Source: Ignavibacteriota bacterium
Lineage (GTDB): Bacteria; Bacteroidota; Ignavibacteria; UBA10030; UBA6906
Direction: 5' to 3'
NCBI GenBank assembly: GCA_963801355.1
Contig: CAWDEM010000008.1
Coordinates: 2,624,001 to 2,688,000 of the forward strand
DNA: 64,000 nt
A program made the translations under genes and the position numbers. Below, piece by piece: positions 48,377-57,278 of this stretch (positions are counted from its first letter, which is position 1; each line of letters opens with the position of its first letter). Below the pieces are notes generated by a model that was not told where the DNA came from, ran no database searches, and was given only the letters and a program-made list of their open reading frames with translations.

Positions 48377-48559
48377 TCACTTACCATCGCCGAAAACCAG
48401 CCACGCTTGCTGCACAAAATAGGGGAAGGTCCCTTCCACCCCGAGATTCTTGGCAAATTCCAGACGCGCTTTCACGGCCTGGAGAAACTCCGGCAGTGTC
48501 TTTGACTTCATGGCAACTTTGTCGAGCTTGAGGATTCGTATGTAGTCCGGTGATATCAT
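48377..48559 (-). CDS. Putative 60-aa small protein
   Basis: AAGGAG RBS and an upstream sigma54-like promoter. No family recognised. Confidence 0.5.
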   Translation of the reverse strand: MISPDYIRILKLDKVAMKSKTLPEFLQAVKARLEFAKNLGVEGTFPYFVQQAWLVFGDGK

Positions 48560-48616
48560 AGCTTCTTCTCTCCTTCAAGAAACCTCAGAGCTGCTTCTAC
48601 ATAGTGCACTATGAAC

Positions 48617-48632
48617 GCAACATTGGTGCCAA
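48617..48632 (-). promoter_or_regulatory. Sigma54 -24/-12 promoter
   Basis: TTGGCAC-CAATG-TTGC, a consensus match. Confidence 0.65.
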
Positions 48633-48684
48633 TAGCGATCGGAGAGACACTCGACAGGCACGACCGAGATTGCCAGCTAGGGGG

Positions 48685-48735
48685 GTCGTCGGGGTGGGCT
48701 CCACATAGGAGGGGCCAGAGCAGCGGCTCGATGGC
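48685..48735. repeat. Non-coding module C, copy 2
   Basis: See 47304-47366. Confidence 0.8.
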
Positions 48736-48999
48736 CGACGGAGAAGGTTTGCCTCTCTTGGTCCCTCATGATGCTGAATCTGATGAAGTATAACGGACGG
48801 AACTCTAAGATGAATCAACTAAAGGGATGAAAGAGTAGCTAGTCCCCTGAAAGAGAGATTTGTTGCCGGCGCCTATCGAAATCGAGCTCCAATGCGCGAT
48901 TTCCCTTTGGAACCGCCATTTTTGGCGTTTTGGGTACAATTCTTTGAAATCTCGTCCGTTCTCCGCCGATTTCCCATCGTGGAGCTTGAGATTGAGTGG

Positions 49000-49160
49000 T
49001 GTTCAATATATTCTATTGTTCATTACTAATGAACACTATAAAGTATTGAACGAATATATTTAATTATTGCACCAGTGACCACTTTTCCTGGATTTTCCAT
49101 TGACAAGTGTTCACTAAAATAGTATGTTCAATAGTAATGAACAAAGACAATTATTGTACA
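49000..49160 (+). promoter_or_regulatory. AbiEi promoter with two 53-bp four-half-site palindromic operators
   Basis: TTGACA(49100)-N17-TATGTT(49123). TGTTCA-N11-TGTTCA-N7-TGAACA-N11-TGWACR at 49000-49052 and 49108-49160. Confidence 0.8.
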
Positions 49161-49171
49161 AGAGGTCAAGA

Positions 49172-50215
49172 GTGGCACGCGTAGCAGACGAACGAGAAAT
49201 ACTCGAAAACGCGGTAGGCGCTTTTCGACGAACCACCAGGATCGAAGCGAAGATCGAGCCCGGCTGGGAACACCTTGAAAACCTGCATGGGGGTGGGCAA
49301 ACGCGGGCAGATGCCGCGATCCGAATACTTCGAGGCGGGAGGGAATGGAGGTTTGACGCAGAGGTCAAGCCTTGGTTAACCACAACTACGGCCGGCCTAC
49401 TTGTGCACAAATATCCTGCCAACAAAAAGTGGATTCTGGTTACAAGGCATGTGCAGCAAGCAATAGCGGAACAAATGCGCGAGCTGCAAATCCAATACAT
49501 GGACACTGACGGGAACGTCTACCTCGATACAAAGGACCTTCTCGTGTTTGTGAAAGGACAGAAGAATGCAGAGCCGAGAGCGACGACCGGAGTTGTGCGT
49601 CCATTCAAACCGGCCGGCATGCAGGTGATCTTTGCTCTCATCTGCAATCCGGGCTTGGAACAAAAAACCTATCGTGAGATTGCGGATGTCACCAAAACGG
49701 CTTTGGGGACCATCAACTGGACAATGCAGGCCCTGCGACAGATAGGGCACCTATTGGAAATGGGGAAAGCCGGCCGCCGGATTGTCAAAAGAGAAACGCT
49801 CTTCGATAAGTGGGTAGCGGCCTATCCTCAACAATTGAGGCCCAAACAGCTTGTCGGGCGATATGTTACTCAGGACACAGACTGGTGGCGAAATGCAGAT
49901 TTGAAGGACCTCGACGCTCTGTGGGGAGGAGAAACAGCTGCAGCGATTGAAACGGGATATATCGAGCCGGAAATTGCAACGGTGTATCTTGAGAAGAACC
50001 TGACCGAACTAATACTTCGTTTCAAGCTGAAAAAAGATCCGCACGGTAAGATTGAGGTCTTCAGGAAATTCTGGCATTTCCAGCTTGAGGAACAGAGAGG
50101 ACGAACAGTACCACTCCCTTTAATATACGCCGATCTGTTGGCTACGGGGAACGATAGAAACATCGAAACAGCCAAAGAGCTACGAGACAAGAAACTTGAT
50201 CGATATCTCAGATAG
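49172..50215 (+). CDS. Type IV TA system AbiEi-family antitoxin (AbiEi_2/DUF2186-like)
   Basis: AEVK, YMDTDGNVYL, HTH (TYREIA...ALGTI), W...Y...LRPK, WGGE.AA and LIYADLL..G..R..ETA. GTG start with AGAGG RBS; ATG 49124 lies inside the -10 box. Confidence 0.88.
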   Translation: MARVADEREILENAVGAFRRTTRIEAKIEPGWEHLENLHGGGQTRADAAIRILRGGREWRFDAEVKPWLTTTTAGLLVHKYPANKKWILVTRHVQQAIAEQMRELQIQYMDTDGNVYLDTKDLLVFVKGQKNAEPRATTGVVRPFKPAGMQVIFALICNPGLEQKTYREIADVTKTALGTINWTMQALRQIGHLLEMGKAGRRIVKRETLFDKWVAAYPQQLRPKQLVGRYVTQDTDWWRNADLKDLDALWGGETAAAIETGYIEPEIATVYLEKNLTELILRFKLKKDPHGKIEVFRKFWHFQLEEQRGRTVPLPLIYADLLATGNDRNIETAKELRDKKLDRYLR

Positions 50216-50705
50216 AATTCCACCATCGACAGTCGCCATCTTTCAGGCCATTCACAGTGCGGCACAGAGAGAGGGCGTACCTTTTTCTGTAATTGGGGCG
50301 GCAGCCCGGGACATGCTGCTTCGGTACGCATATGGACTTCCGGTCCGCCGGGCAACGCGGGATATCGATATCGCGATACGTGTCGCAGATTGGGACGAAT
50401 CCATATCGACGCAGGAAATGACGACAGACTCTACAATGAAGCTTCAGACCTCATGGAGGTGGAATTCTTCGATCGTGCTTAGGCGGATGCACAATTGCTC
50501 GGGCGGGACATGGCCCACCTGGCGGAAGATGTTGCTCATAGGAGAATAGATGAGATTCTTTCCCGCGAATGTGACCCATCGGTCCCGTGAGATTGATTAC
50601 AGACATAATAGGGACGAACTTACTATGCAGGAAGAGTTCGATGAAGTTCTGACTTTGATAAACAGAGTCCGAATGGGATTTTTGGATCGACTGAAACAGG
50701 TTTGA
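50196..50705 (+). pseudogene. Decayed AbiEii-family nucleotidyltransferase toxin
   Basis: N-terminal IGAAARD..RATRDIDIAI..DW, then an abrupt jump at about 50400 to C-terminal IDAGNDDRLY..LLGRDM in another frame; TAG at 50480 and further frameshifts. Confidence 0.85.
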
Positions 50706-50744
50706 GGGGGCGAAATGAAAGAAGCCACTTTCCCCTCCTTGTAA

Positions 50745-50789
50745 AAAATACAAAAAGTGTTAGAAGGCTGTTAGAACCCTCTAACACTT
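50745..50789 (-). terminator. Hairpin plus T-tract downstream of tRNA-Phe
   Basis: AAGTGTTAGAGGG-N9-CCTTCTAACACTT followed by TTTGTATTTT on the minus strand. Confidence 0.55.
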
Positions 50790-50812
50790 GGGGGTAAAAG
50801 TGGCGATTTCAG

Positions 50813-50885
50813 TGGACGGGGACGGAATCGAACCGCCGACACAAGGATTTTCAGTCCTTTGCTCTACCAACTGAGCTACCCGTCC
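50813..50885 (-). tRNA. tRNA-Phe (GAA), CCA not encoded
   Basis: GGACGGGTAGCTCAGTTGGTAGAGCAAAGGACTGAAAATCCTTGTGTCGGCGGTTCGATTCCGTCCCCGTCCA forms a full cloverleaf; an upstream TTGCGT..TATATT promoter is present. Confidence 0.97.
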
Positions 50886-50946
50886 AAAACCAACTCGACC
50901 CGGAGCATCTAATATACAAACTCGCCAAAAAAAACGCAATTCCGAA

Positions 50947-53418
50947 TCAGAATCCCACCCCAAAATCCAGATACACCTCCATCCCCTCCCTGGACCCCGC
51001 TAGCATGACACTGATCGTGTTGTCCCTGGACCAGGGGGCCACCCACATCGTTCCGCCATAGGACGCGTGCCAGCGGTACGAAGTTTCACCCGTGACAAAT
51101 ACACGCCCCGATTCACCGAAACAGGAAACACCCAGCGTTGAAGGCACGATGAAGTTCAAGTGCCAGAGTGATGCACGCAACTCCACTGTTCCCAGGAGGA
51201 GCGCATCACCGATGTACCGCCCCGTTGTCAATCCGCGCAGCCCATTCCATCCGCCGAGATTCGCCTGCTCAAAGTACGGAACATCACCCCTGACCTTCTC
51301 ACCCAGCATCCGGAGAGCCAGTGTAAGCGCGGGTGTTGCGCTTCCTCCAACGTATGCACGCAGATCACACTGACTCCTGCTGAACGGACCTGTGAGACCA
51401 CGGGTGGCCGGATACACCGTCCCACCGACGCGGAAGAGGACGCCGTGTTGAGGATAGGTTGGCTCGTCTCGCGTGTCAAGCTGTACTGCCGCTCCAATAC
51501 CCAAGTACGCGAGCCCGTCAACTCCATACGGGCGTATGATGTTCACATAACGGTCTGTCCGATCATCCGCACGCACGTAGTTCGCCGATCCGGATAGTCC
51601 CAGTTGCAGTGCCGATGACAGTGAGAGATGCAACGACGATGTCATTCGATATTGACGCAGGTGCGGAGTGTAGTACTCACCTCTCCGGTTATCCTCCACT
51701 TCCGTCTCGTTCCCCACCCCGTAGAAGCCCGACATCTCATACCCCGACACCAGAGCACTTAGCCTAAAGATCGTGCCGGGAAACAACGTGCGCGTATCCA
51801 TCAGAAGCCGGATACGTCCATTCCTACTAAATGGAGCATATCCGCCGATGGCACTTATCATCCATGCATACGGGACCGCGCGGAATCCGTAACGATAATA
51901 GACCGGGCCAAAACCGATCAGCGGGCCATAGGCGGCATTGTAGTCCAGCATTATTCCGTATTGCCACGAAGATCCTCGGTCTTCCAGAGCCGTGGGTTTC
52001 TTCACTAATACTTCCTCATCCGCATCAGCGTCATCGTACTTGACATCGGTGCCGAAGATTCCCCGGCTACCCGAGCCGGGGTCATCATTGACGACCCCAT
52101 CGGTGACCACACGGAGCCCCACTCCATTCCTGTACTCGCCGCTCATGTGCACATAGTCGTTGCCGCCGCCGGTATATAACCGCACTTCATCCGTCTCCGA
52201 GGACAGGAACATGCGTGAAAACGAACAGCGTGTGCTGTCCCTGGCCCCGCCGGGTGTTCGTGCATAGACGGCAACGGAAACACGGGCAGTGTCATGACGG
52301 GTCACATCAATCCACTCCGCCGCCGTTGTGCCGCGAATGTCCACCGTTTGTGCCAGCAGGTCATAGTAGTCCTCCGCCAGCTTGCCGAGGCCCGCGCGCC
52401 GGCGCTGCAGCAACCCGCCCAACAGCGCACCATCAGATCCCCGGCGCTCCAGAGGGATCGTCTCAAGAGCACTCTGTATCACAGAATCCGTCATCCGTCG
52501 GACAATGAAGGTCGCCAATGAATCATACACGTGCTTTGACACAGAGGAGAGGAGACTCCTGTCAAGATGACGGGTATACCAGGTAAATTCCTTGATATCG
52601 GGATATTCATCAGAGAAACTTGGCAAGGGTGCGACTATGAACCTCGAACTGATTGACAGTGCACCGTCGTACCTGCAGAATGCGAGGGGATGTGGAACTT
52701 CAACCGGTTTCCAGATCCTGAAGCCATGACCATCGACCGGCATCCATCTCCAGCGTGCAGAGGCATCGCCCCATGAGCCCAGCAGGAGATCCAGCAACCG
52801 GATCTTGAGCACCTGGAACGCGTCAATCCTTTCATCAGGATTTCCGCCGGCAAGTTTCAGGACGCTGCGCGTGTCCCACAACGTCGTATCCCGGTCGTAA
52901 GGCAGTGCAGGAGAAAGAATTGCCAAGCGGCCGGGCGCTCCGGTGTCAATGCCCCCCTCGAGCAAACTGTCCGGAAGCACTACGATCCGGGAGTCGCGCA
53001 CAGGGAGATCCAGGGCGGCACCGAGACGGTCCACGATCACATCAGCATAGGGGTATGTACCGGCCACCAGATCACCCAGCAGATCCGGGGCAAACACGCT
53101 CAATATCTCCGGAGGGAAAATGTCCGCAGGATTCTGACGCAGGAAGAGGAAGGTACAGCGGGGGTCTTCTTTTCTGTGGAGGTCATATTCCTCCACAGAC
53201 ACTTCCGTTGTCCAGGCGTCACGCCAGAGGTCGCCAAACATGAGTGAATGCCAGTCACCGGCAGCGAACGTCTGGCCGGGAACGGCACGCACAAGGTGCG
53301 GGGACGTTTCGTCCGACTCAGCATGGTGAGCAAATAGGAGGGAATACGGAAGACACACAATCACGAAGATTGCCGACCGGGTCAAACCCATGAAGGTAAC
53401 ATCCCTGGATGAGTGCAC
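50947..53418 (-). CDS. Omp85 (BamA/TamA-like) outer-membrane protein with a large N-terminal soluble domain
   Basis: C-terminal barrel: DTRD..YPQHG, LGG..GLRG...RY.G, GRVF and terminal F. Start may be 53391. Confidence 0.8.
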   Translation of the reverse strand: MHSSRDVTFMGLTRSAIFVIVCLPYSLLFAHHAESDETSPHLVRAVPGQTFAAGDWHSLMFGDLWRDAWTTEVSVEEYDLHRKEDPRCTFLFLRQNPADIFPPEILSVFAPDLLGDLVAGTYPYADVIVDRLGAALDLPVRDSRIVVLPDSLLEGGIDTGAPGRLAILSPALPYDRDTTLWDTRSVLKLAGGNPDERIDAFQVLKIRLLDLLLGSWGDASARWRWMPVDGHGFRIWKPVEVPHPLAFCRYDGALSISSRFIVAPLPSFSDEYPDIKEFTWYTRHLDRSLLSSVSKHVYDSLATFIVRRMTDSVIQSALETIPLERRGSDGALLGGLLQRRRAGLGKLAEDYYDLLAQTVDIRGTTAAEWIDVTRHDTARVSVAVYARTPGGARDSTRCSFSRMFLSSETDEVRLYTGGGNDYVHMSGEYRNGVGLRVVTDGVVNDDPGSGSRGIFGTDVKYDDADADEEVLVKKPTALEDRGSSWQYGIMLDYNAAYGPLIGFGPVYYRYGFRAVPYAWMISAIGGYAPFSRNGRIRLLMDTRTLFPGTIFRLSALVSGYEMSGFYGVGNETEVEDNRRGEYYTPHLRQYRMTSSLHLSLSSALQLGLSGSANYVRADDRTDRYVNIIRPYGVDGLAYLGIGAAVQLDTRDEPTYPQHGVLFRVGGTVYPATRGLTGPFSRSQCDLRAYVGGSATPALTLALRMLGEKVRGDVPYFEQANLGGWNGLRGLTTGRYIGDALLLGTVELRASLWHLNFIVPSTLGVSCFGESGRVFVTGETSYRWHASYGGTMWVAPWSRDNTISVMLAGSREGMEVYLDFGVGF

Positions 53419-53420
53419 TC

Positions 53421-56336
53421 TTACTGACCGGCGAGTGCCCGGATGACCGCATCAGCGATCGCCGGCCTCACCCGGGAAATCTTCGTGTTCGCTCGTGTCG
53501 GATGCACACGGTTCGTCAACAGTATCAGGCTGATGCGGCGTTCCGGATCAACCCACACCGACGTACCGGTGAACCCTGTGTGGCCAAAGGAAGACGGAGA
53601 AAAAAGGGATCCGGCCGAAGAACCCGTCGGAGACTTCATGTCCCATCCGAGATACCGGTCTTCCCGCCCCGACCGTCCCGCAGTGAAGGCCGCGACCGTG
53701 CTCGCCGACAAATAGCGGACCCCCGCGTAAGTCCCTTTGTTCAGGAGCATCTGCGTGTAGATAGCAAGATTAGAGGCCGTGGAGAAGAGACCGGCATGGC
53801 CTGCTACCCCCCCGAGGATGTTGGCATTTTCGTCGTGCACAATGCCCCGCACAAGCGTTTTCCTCCAGAGCGTGTCGATCTCGGTGGGCGCCACGTTGTC
53901 CCAGTCTTCGCGGGGCGGGTTATACAGAGTATGTTTCATGCCCAGCGGCCCGTAGAACTCCGACTCGAGAAACTTATCCTGCGGCATCCCGGCGATCTTC
54001 TCGATAACCTTGCCCATTGTGATCATCCCGATATCACTGTACACGGTGGTGTCACCCGGGTTCCAGAGCAATTCTGTCGCAAGAACAGAGTCCAGCGCTT
54101 CCGCCGCGGTTTTGCACATCAGAAAGAACCGTTTGAAAGGAGGAAATCCGGCTCTGTGCGTGAGAAGGTGCCTGATCGTAATCACCGATTTTTTACCGCC
54201 GGTGAACTGTGGCAGGTATTGGGCCACGCGATCATCCAACCGCAACTTCCCTTGGTCGTACAGTTTCATCGCCGCGGCGGTCGTCCCGATCACTTTGCTG
54301 ACGGAGGCCAGGTCAAAGAGCGTCCTGTCGTCAATCGGGGGCGAAGCGATATCATAGGTCTGAGTGCCGAACGCTTTGGCATACGCTATGACTCCGTTCT
54401 TCACCACGACCAGCTGCGCGCCCGGGAAGGCGGAATCCCCGATGGCCGCTTCAACGATGTCATCCAGTTTACGTAATTTGCCGGGCTCAAAACCGGCTGC
54501 CGCCGGATCGTCCATGCGCAGACGGTCCATGGCAATCACCAGACCCGTTCCGGCCGCGTAGCTTTCCAGTATACTGACCGGCAGTTTTCCGCCAATCGGG
54601 ATCTCGCCAAAGAGCGCCTCGACCGCGGCTTCGACCTGCGGTTCCGTGTCACCATAGGTGCACATCAACACATCCGCATTGGGAAACTGCGCCGCAAGAT
54701 ATGGGCTGCCAAACAGCACGACCGCGGTGGGCACATTCGCTGCCTCGGCGCGTTTGAGGAACGGCAGAAGTTCGCGGGGCATGCCGATTCGTCCGGACGA
54801 AGAGCGGACTTTCACAAAGACCGGCAACAACAGCATATCCGCCCGCCGCAGACGGGCGGCGGCATCGTCCATCGCCTCATTGTTACTCCGGGGATTGAGA
54901 CGCAACACTTCGATGCTCCCGTTGCGGCGCTGCAGGAGCTGATGGAAGTAGCTTCCCACTTGCTGGCTCGTGGAGTGCGCGCTCGGGCGATTCACTTCCG
55001 ACCGGTAATCGTCGGAGTCGCTCAGGACTACCGACACGACGCGATGCTGGCCGAAGGGTTGCAACGGGAGGATCGCCCCCCGGTTGCGCAGCAATGTCAC
55101 GGCATTGCGGGCAACCGTCCGTGCCAGCATCTGATATGCACGGACACCGACCACCCGGTCGATCCTGTCGACGTCGATCGTCCGCACCGTGTCAAGTCCC
55201 AGTTGCTGTTTTACTGTAAGGATCTTGCGCACCGATGTCAGCAACCGTTCGCGCGTGATCTCTCCGGAACGCGCTGCAGAAAGCAGTGCGGCAATGGCCG
55301 ACTCTTCATCGGGCGGCATCAGCACGATATCAACGCCGGCCTTCACGGCCCAGACAGCCGACTCTCCGGCGGAATATCCGCGCGTCACTCCCCGCATGTC
55401 CAGCGCATCCGTGATCACCAGGCCCCGGAAGTGCATTTCTTTCTGTAATACATCCGACACGATGATCCGGGAAAGTGACGCCGGAAGCAACTTCACAGAA
55501 TCCAGCACCGGGACGGCGATGTGTGCGATCATCACCGAAGGGACATTGGCTTCGATCGCGCCACGGAAGGCCGCGAGCTCTACAGTGTCCAATCGTTCCC
55601 TGGTCAGTTGCATGACGGGCAATTCCAGATGTGAATCCACGCCGGTATCGCCATGGCCGGGAAAATGCTTCACCGTTGGCAGGGCACCGCCGTCCAGCGA
55701 CCCACGGACAAAGGCGGCCACCATTTCCCGGACGAGAGCCGGGGAATCGCCGAACGAACGTGTATTGATGACGGGGTTCTGCGGGTTGGTGTTCACATCG
55801 GCAACGGGGGCAAAATTCTGATGCACGCCGATCGCACGGGCCTCGCGAGCGATGGCGCGGGCAACGTCATAGGCAAGGCGGGCATCCCGGGTGGCACCGA
55901 TGGCCATGGCATCCGGGAATGGAGTTGCGCGGCGCACACGCATGGCGACACCGCGTTCAAAATCCCCGCTGACCAGCAGGGGGATAGGAGCAAGTCGCTG
56001 AAGCGAATTCAGCCGCACCGCCGCCGCCATCACGTCCCCCGGCCACAGGACGATTCCACCCACGCGCCGCTCCTGCACCAGGTGCGCCATTCGGGCATAT
56101 TCATCGCTTTCTGCGCTGAAGTAGTGGCCGTACACGCCGACCATCACGAGCTGTCCCACCTGGTCTTCCAACGACATCCCGGCCATGACGCTGTCCACCC
56201 ACGATAGCTTTGGCGGCGCCGGAACGTGAACGGCGCGTTCAGGCCGTGGCGCGATATCGCCCGACGCGCAGGAAAGAATGACAACCGAAATAAGAGCGAC
56301 AAGATATGACGATCCGTACTTTTTCACTCCATGCAT
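53421..56336 (-). CDS. Lipoprotein fusion of GH3 beta-N-acetylglucosaminidase (NagZ-type) and a beta-lactamase-like serine hydrolase (AmiE-like)
   Basis: Lipobox ILSC, DFERG, RSFG, KHFPGHGDTGVDSH and ITDAL; then FDLASVSK, YSD, GHAGLFS and FGHTGFTG. Confidence 0.92.
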   Translation of the reverse strand: MHGVKKYGSSYLVALISVVILSCASGDIAPRPERAVHVPAPPKLSWVDSVMAGMSLEDQVGQLVMVGVYGHYFSAESDEYARMAHLVQERRVGGIVLWPGDVMAAAVRLNSLQRLAPIPLLVSGDFERGVAMRVRRATPFPDAMAIGATRDARLAYDVARAIAREARAIGVHQNFAPVADVNTNPQNPVINTRSFGDSPALVREMVAAFVRGSLDGGALPTVKHFPGHGDTGVDSHLELPVMQLTRERLDTVELAAFRGAIEANVPSVMIAHIAVPVLDSVKLLPASLSRIIVSDVLQKEMHFRGLVITDALDMRGVTRGYSAGESAVWAVKAGVDIVLMPPDEESAIAALLSAARSGEITRERLLTSVRKILTVKQQLGLDTVRTIDVDRIDRVVGVRAYQMLARTVARNAVTLLRNRGAILPLQPFGQHRVVSVVLSDSDDYRSEVNRPSAHSTSQQVGSYFHQLLQRRNGSIEVLRLNPRSNNEAMDDAAARLRRADMLLLPVFVKVRSSSGRIGMPRELLPFLKRAEAANVPTAVVLFGSPYLAAQFPNADVLMCTYGDTEPQVEAAVEALFGEIPIGGKLPVSILESYAAGTGLVIAMDRLRMDDPAAAGFEPGKLRKLDDIVEAAIGDSAFPGAQLVVVKNGVIAYAKAFGTQTYDIASPPIDDRTLFDLASVSKVIGTTAAAMKLYDQGKLRLDDRVAQYLPQFTGGKKSVITIRHLLTHRAGFPPFKRFFLMCKTAAEALDSVLATELLWNPGDTTVYSDIGMITMGKVIEKIAGMPQDKFLESEFYGPLGMKHTLYNPPREDWDNVAPTEIDTLWRKTLVRGIVHDENANILGGVAGHAGLFSTASNLAIYTQMLLNKGTYAGVRYLSASTVAAFTAGRSGREDRYLGWDMKSPTGSSAGSLFSPSSFGHTGFTGTSVWVDPERRISLILLTNRVHPTRANTKISRVRPAIADAVIRALAGQ

Positions 56337-57278
56337 CTATTTCCTCGCCCGGAGATTCAATGCCATAATGACCGCGCCGCCCGCCGGAGGAAACTTCGCA
56401 GGGTGAATCCTGGCCTGCGGAATCCGCTTGTGGACGGCATCAGCGACGATTTGTGAGTAGAGGGTTTCGTGATCTATCAGCCCCCCGACAAAGACCACAC
56501 CCACCGATGGGAGTGGCCCCATACGCTTTACCATCGAATCCAATTGATCCACAAGCTGGGCGGCGGCGGCCGTGAGAATATCCCTCGCCGTCAGATCACC
56601 TTTCCCTGCTGCCTCGAGCACGATCGGCGCGAGAGAGGCGACGTCATATTTCTCCTGATATACTGCGGCAATGATGGCATCGCGCCCTCCCCAACCACAA
56701 CGTTCGGCAAGCATGGCACGGAGCATCCGCGCATCGCTTCGCTGGTCGATGTCACGCGCCACCGCACGGACCGCTTCAACACTGATCGCATATCCACTCC
56801 CCTCGTCGCCCAGCACCCTTCCCCACCCGCCGACCATGGCAATGCTACCGTCGGGCAACTTGCCCATGAGACTCGATCCCGTGCCGGCGATGACCACAAC
56901 TCCGGTTTCTCCTCCGAACGCCCCCTCAAGTGCGATACGAACGTCAGTTTCTAAAACGAATCGCATGTGCTCCCAACCACGTCCGATTCCTCCCACACGC
57001 AATGCCTCTGCAAGTCGGTCGCGCACTGTCGCACTGCCAACCCCGGCCAACCCGCACACGATTGTCCCCAGTGACGAGGGTCGGACCTCCGCCTGATGAC
57101 AACAACCCGCCACGACGTCCAGTATGTTGGCCGCCGCCCCTTCAACCCCTACAACATTGGGATTACCGGGCCCGGTCTGGAACCGCGCGAGCTCTTTTCC
57201 CCCGGCGTCCGCAAGAACTCCCAGGGTCTTTGTGCCGCCACCATCGGCACCGAGAACATAACGGGGCTGTGCACTCAT
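56337..57278 (-). CDS. BadF/BcrAD-family N-acetylamino-sugar kinase (MurK/NagK-like)
   Basis: GADGGGTKT, GLAG, IAGTGS and GGWG.VLGDEGSGY. Confidence 0.88.
   Translation of the reverse strand: MSAQPRYVLGADGGGTKTLGVLADAGGKELARFQTGPGNPNVVGVEGAAANILDVVAGCCHQAEVRPSSLGTIVCGLAGVGSATVRDRLAEALRVGGIGRGWEHMRFVLETDVRIALEGAFGGETGVVVIAGTGSSLMGKLPDGSIAMVGGWGRVLGDEGSGYAISVEAVRAVARDIDQRSDARMLRAMLAERCGWGGRDAIIAAVYQEKYDVASLAPIVLEAAGKGDLTARDILTAAAAQLVDQLDSMVKRMGPLPSVGVVFVGGLIDHETLYSQIVADAVHKRIPQARIHPAKFPPAGGAVIMALNLRARK

Noticed and set aside
38300-48800. Integron cassette array
   Set aside because: No intI, and the repeated modules lack the RYYYAAC...GTTRRRY attC ends; the units carry their own promoters.
49124-49171. 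ATG 49124 as the AbiEi start
   Set aside because: It lies within the predicted -10 box and operator; GTG 49172 has an RBS.
50451-50963. Minus-strand ORFs 50451-50753 and 50781-50963
   Set aside because: They overlap the toxin pseudogene (antisense) and the tRNA gene respectively.
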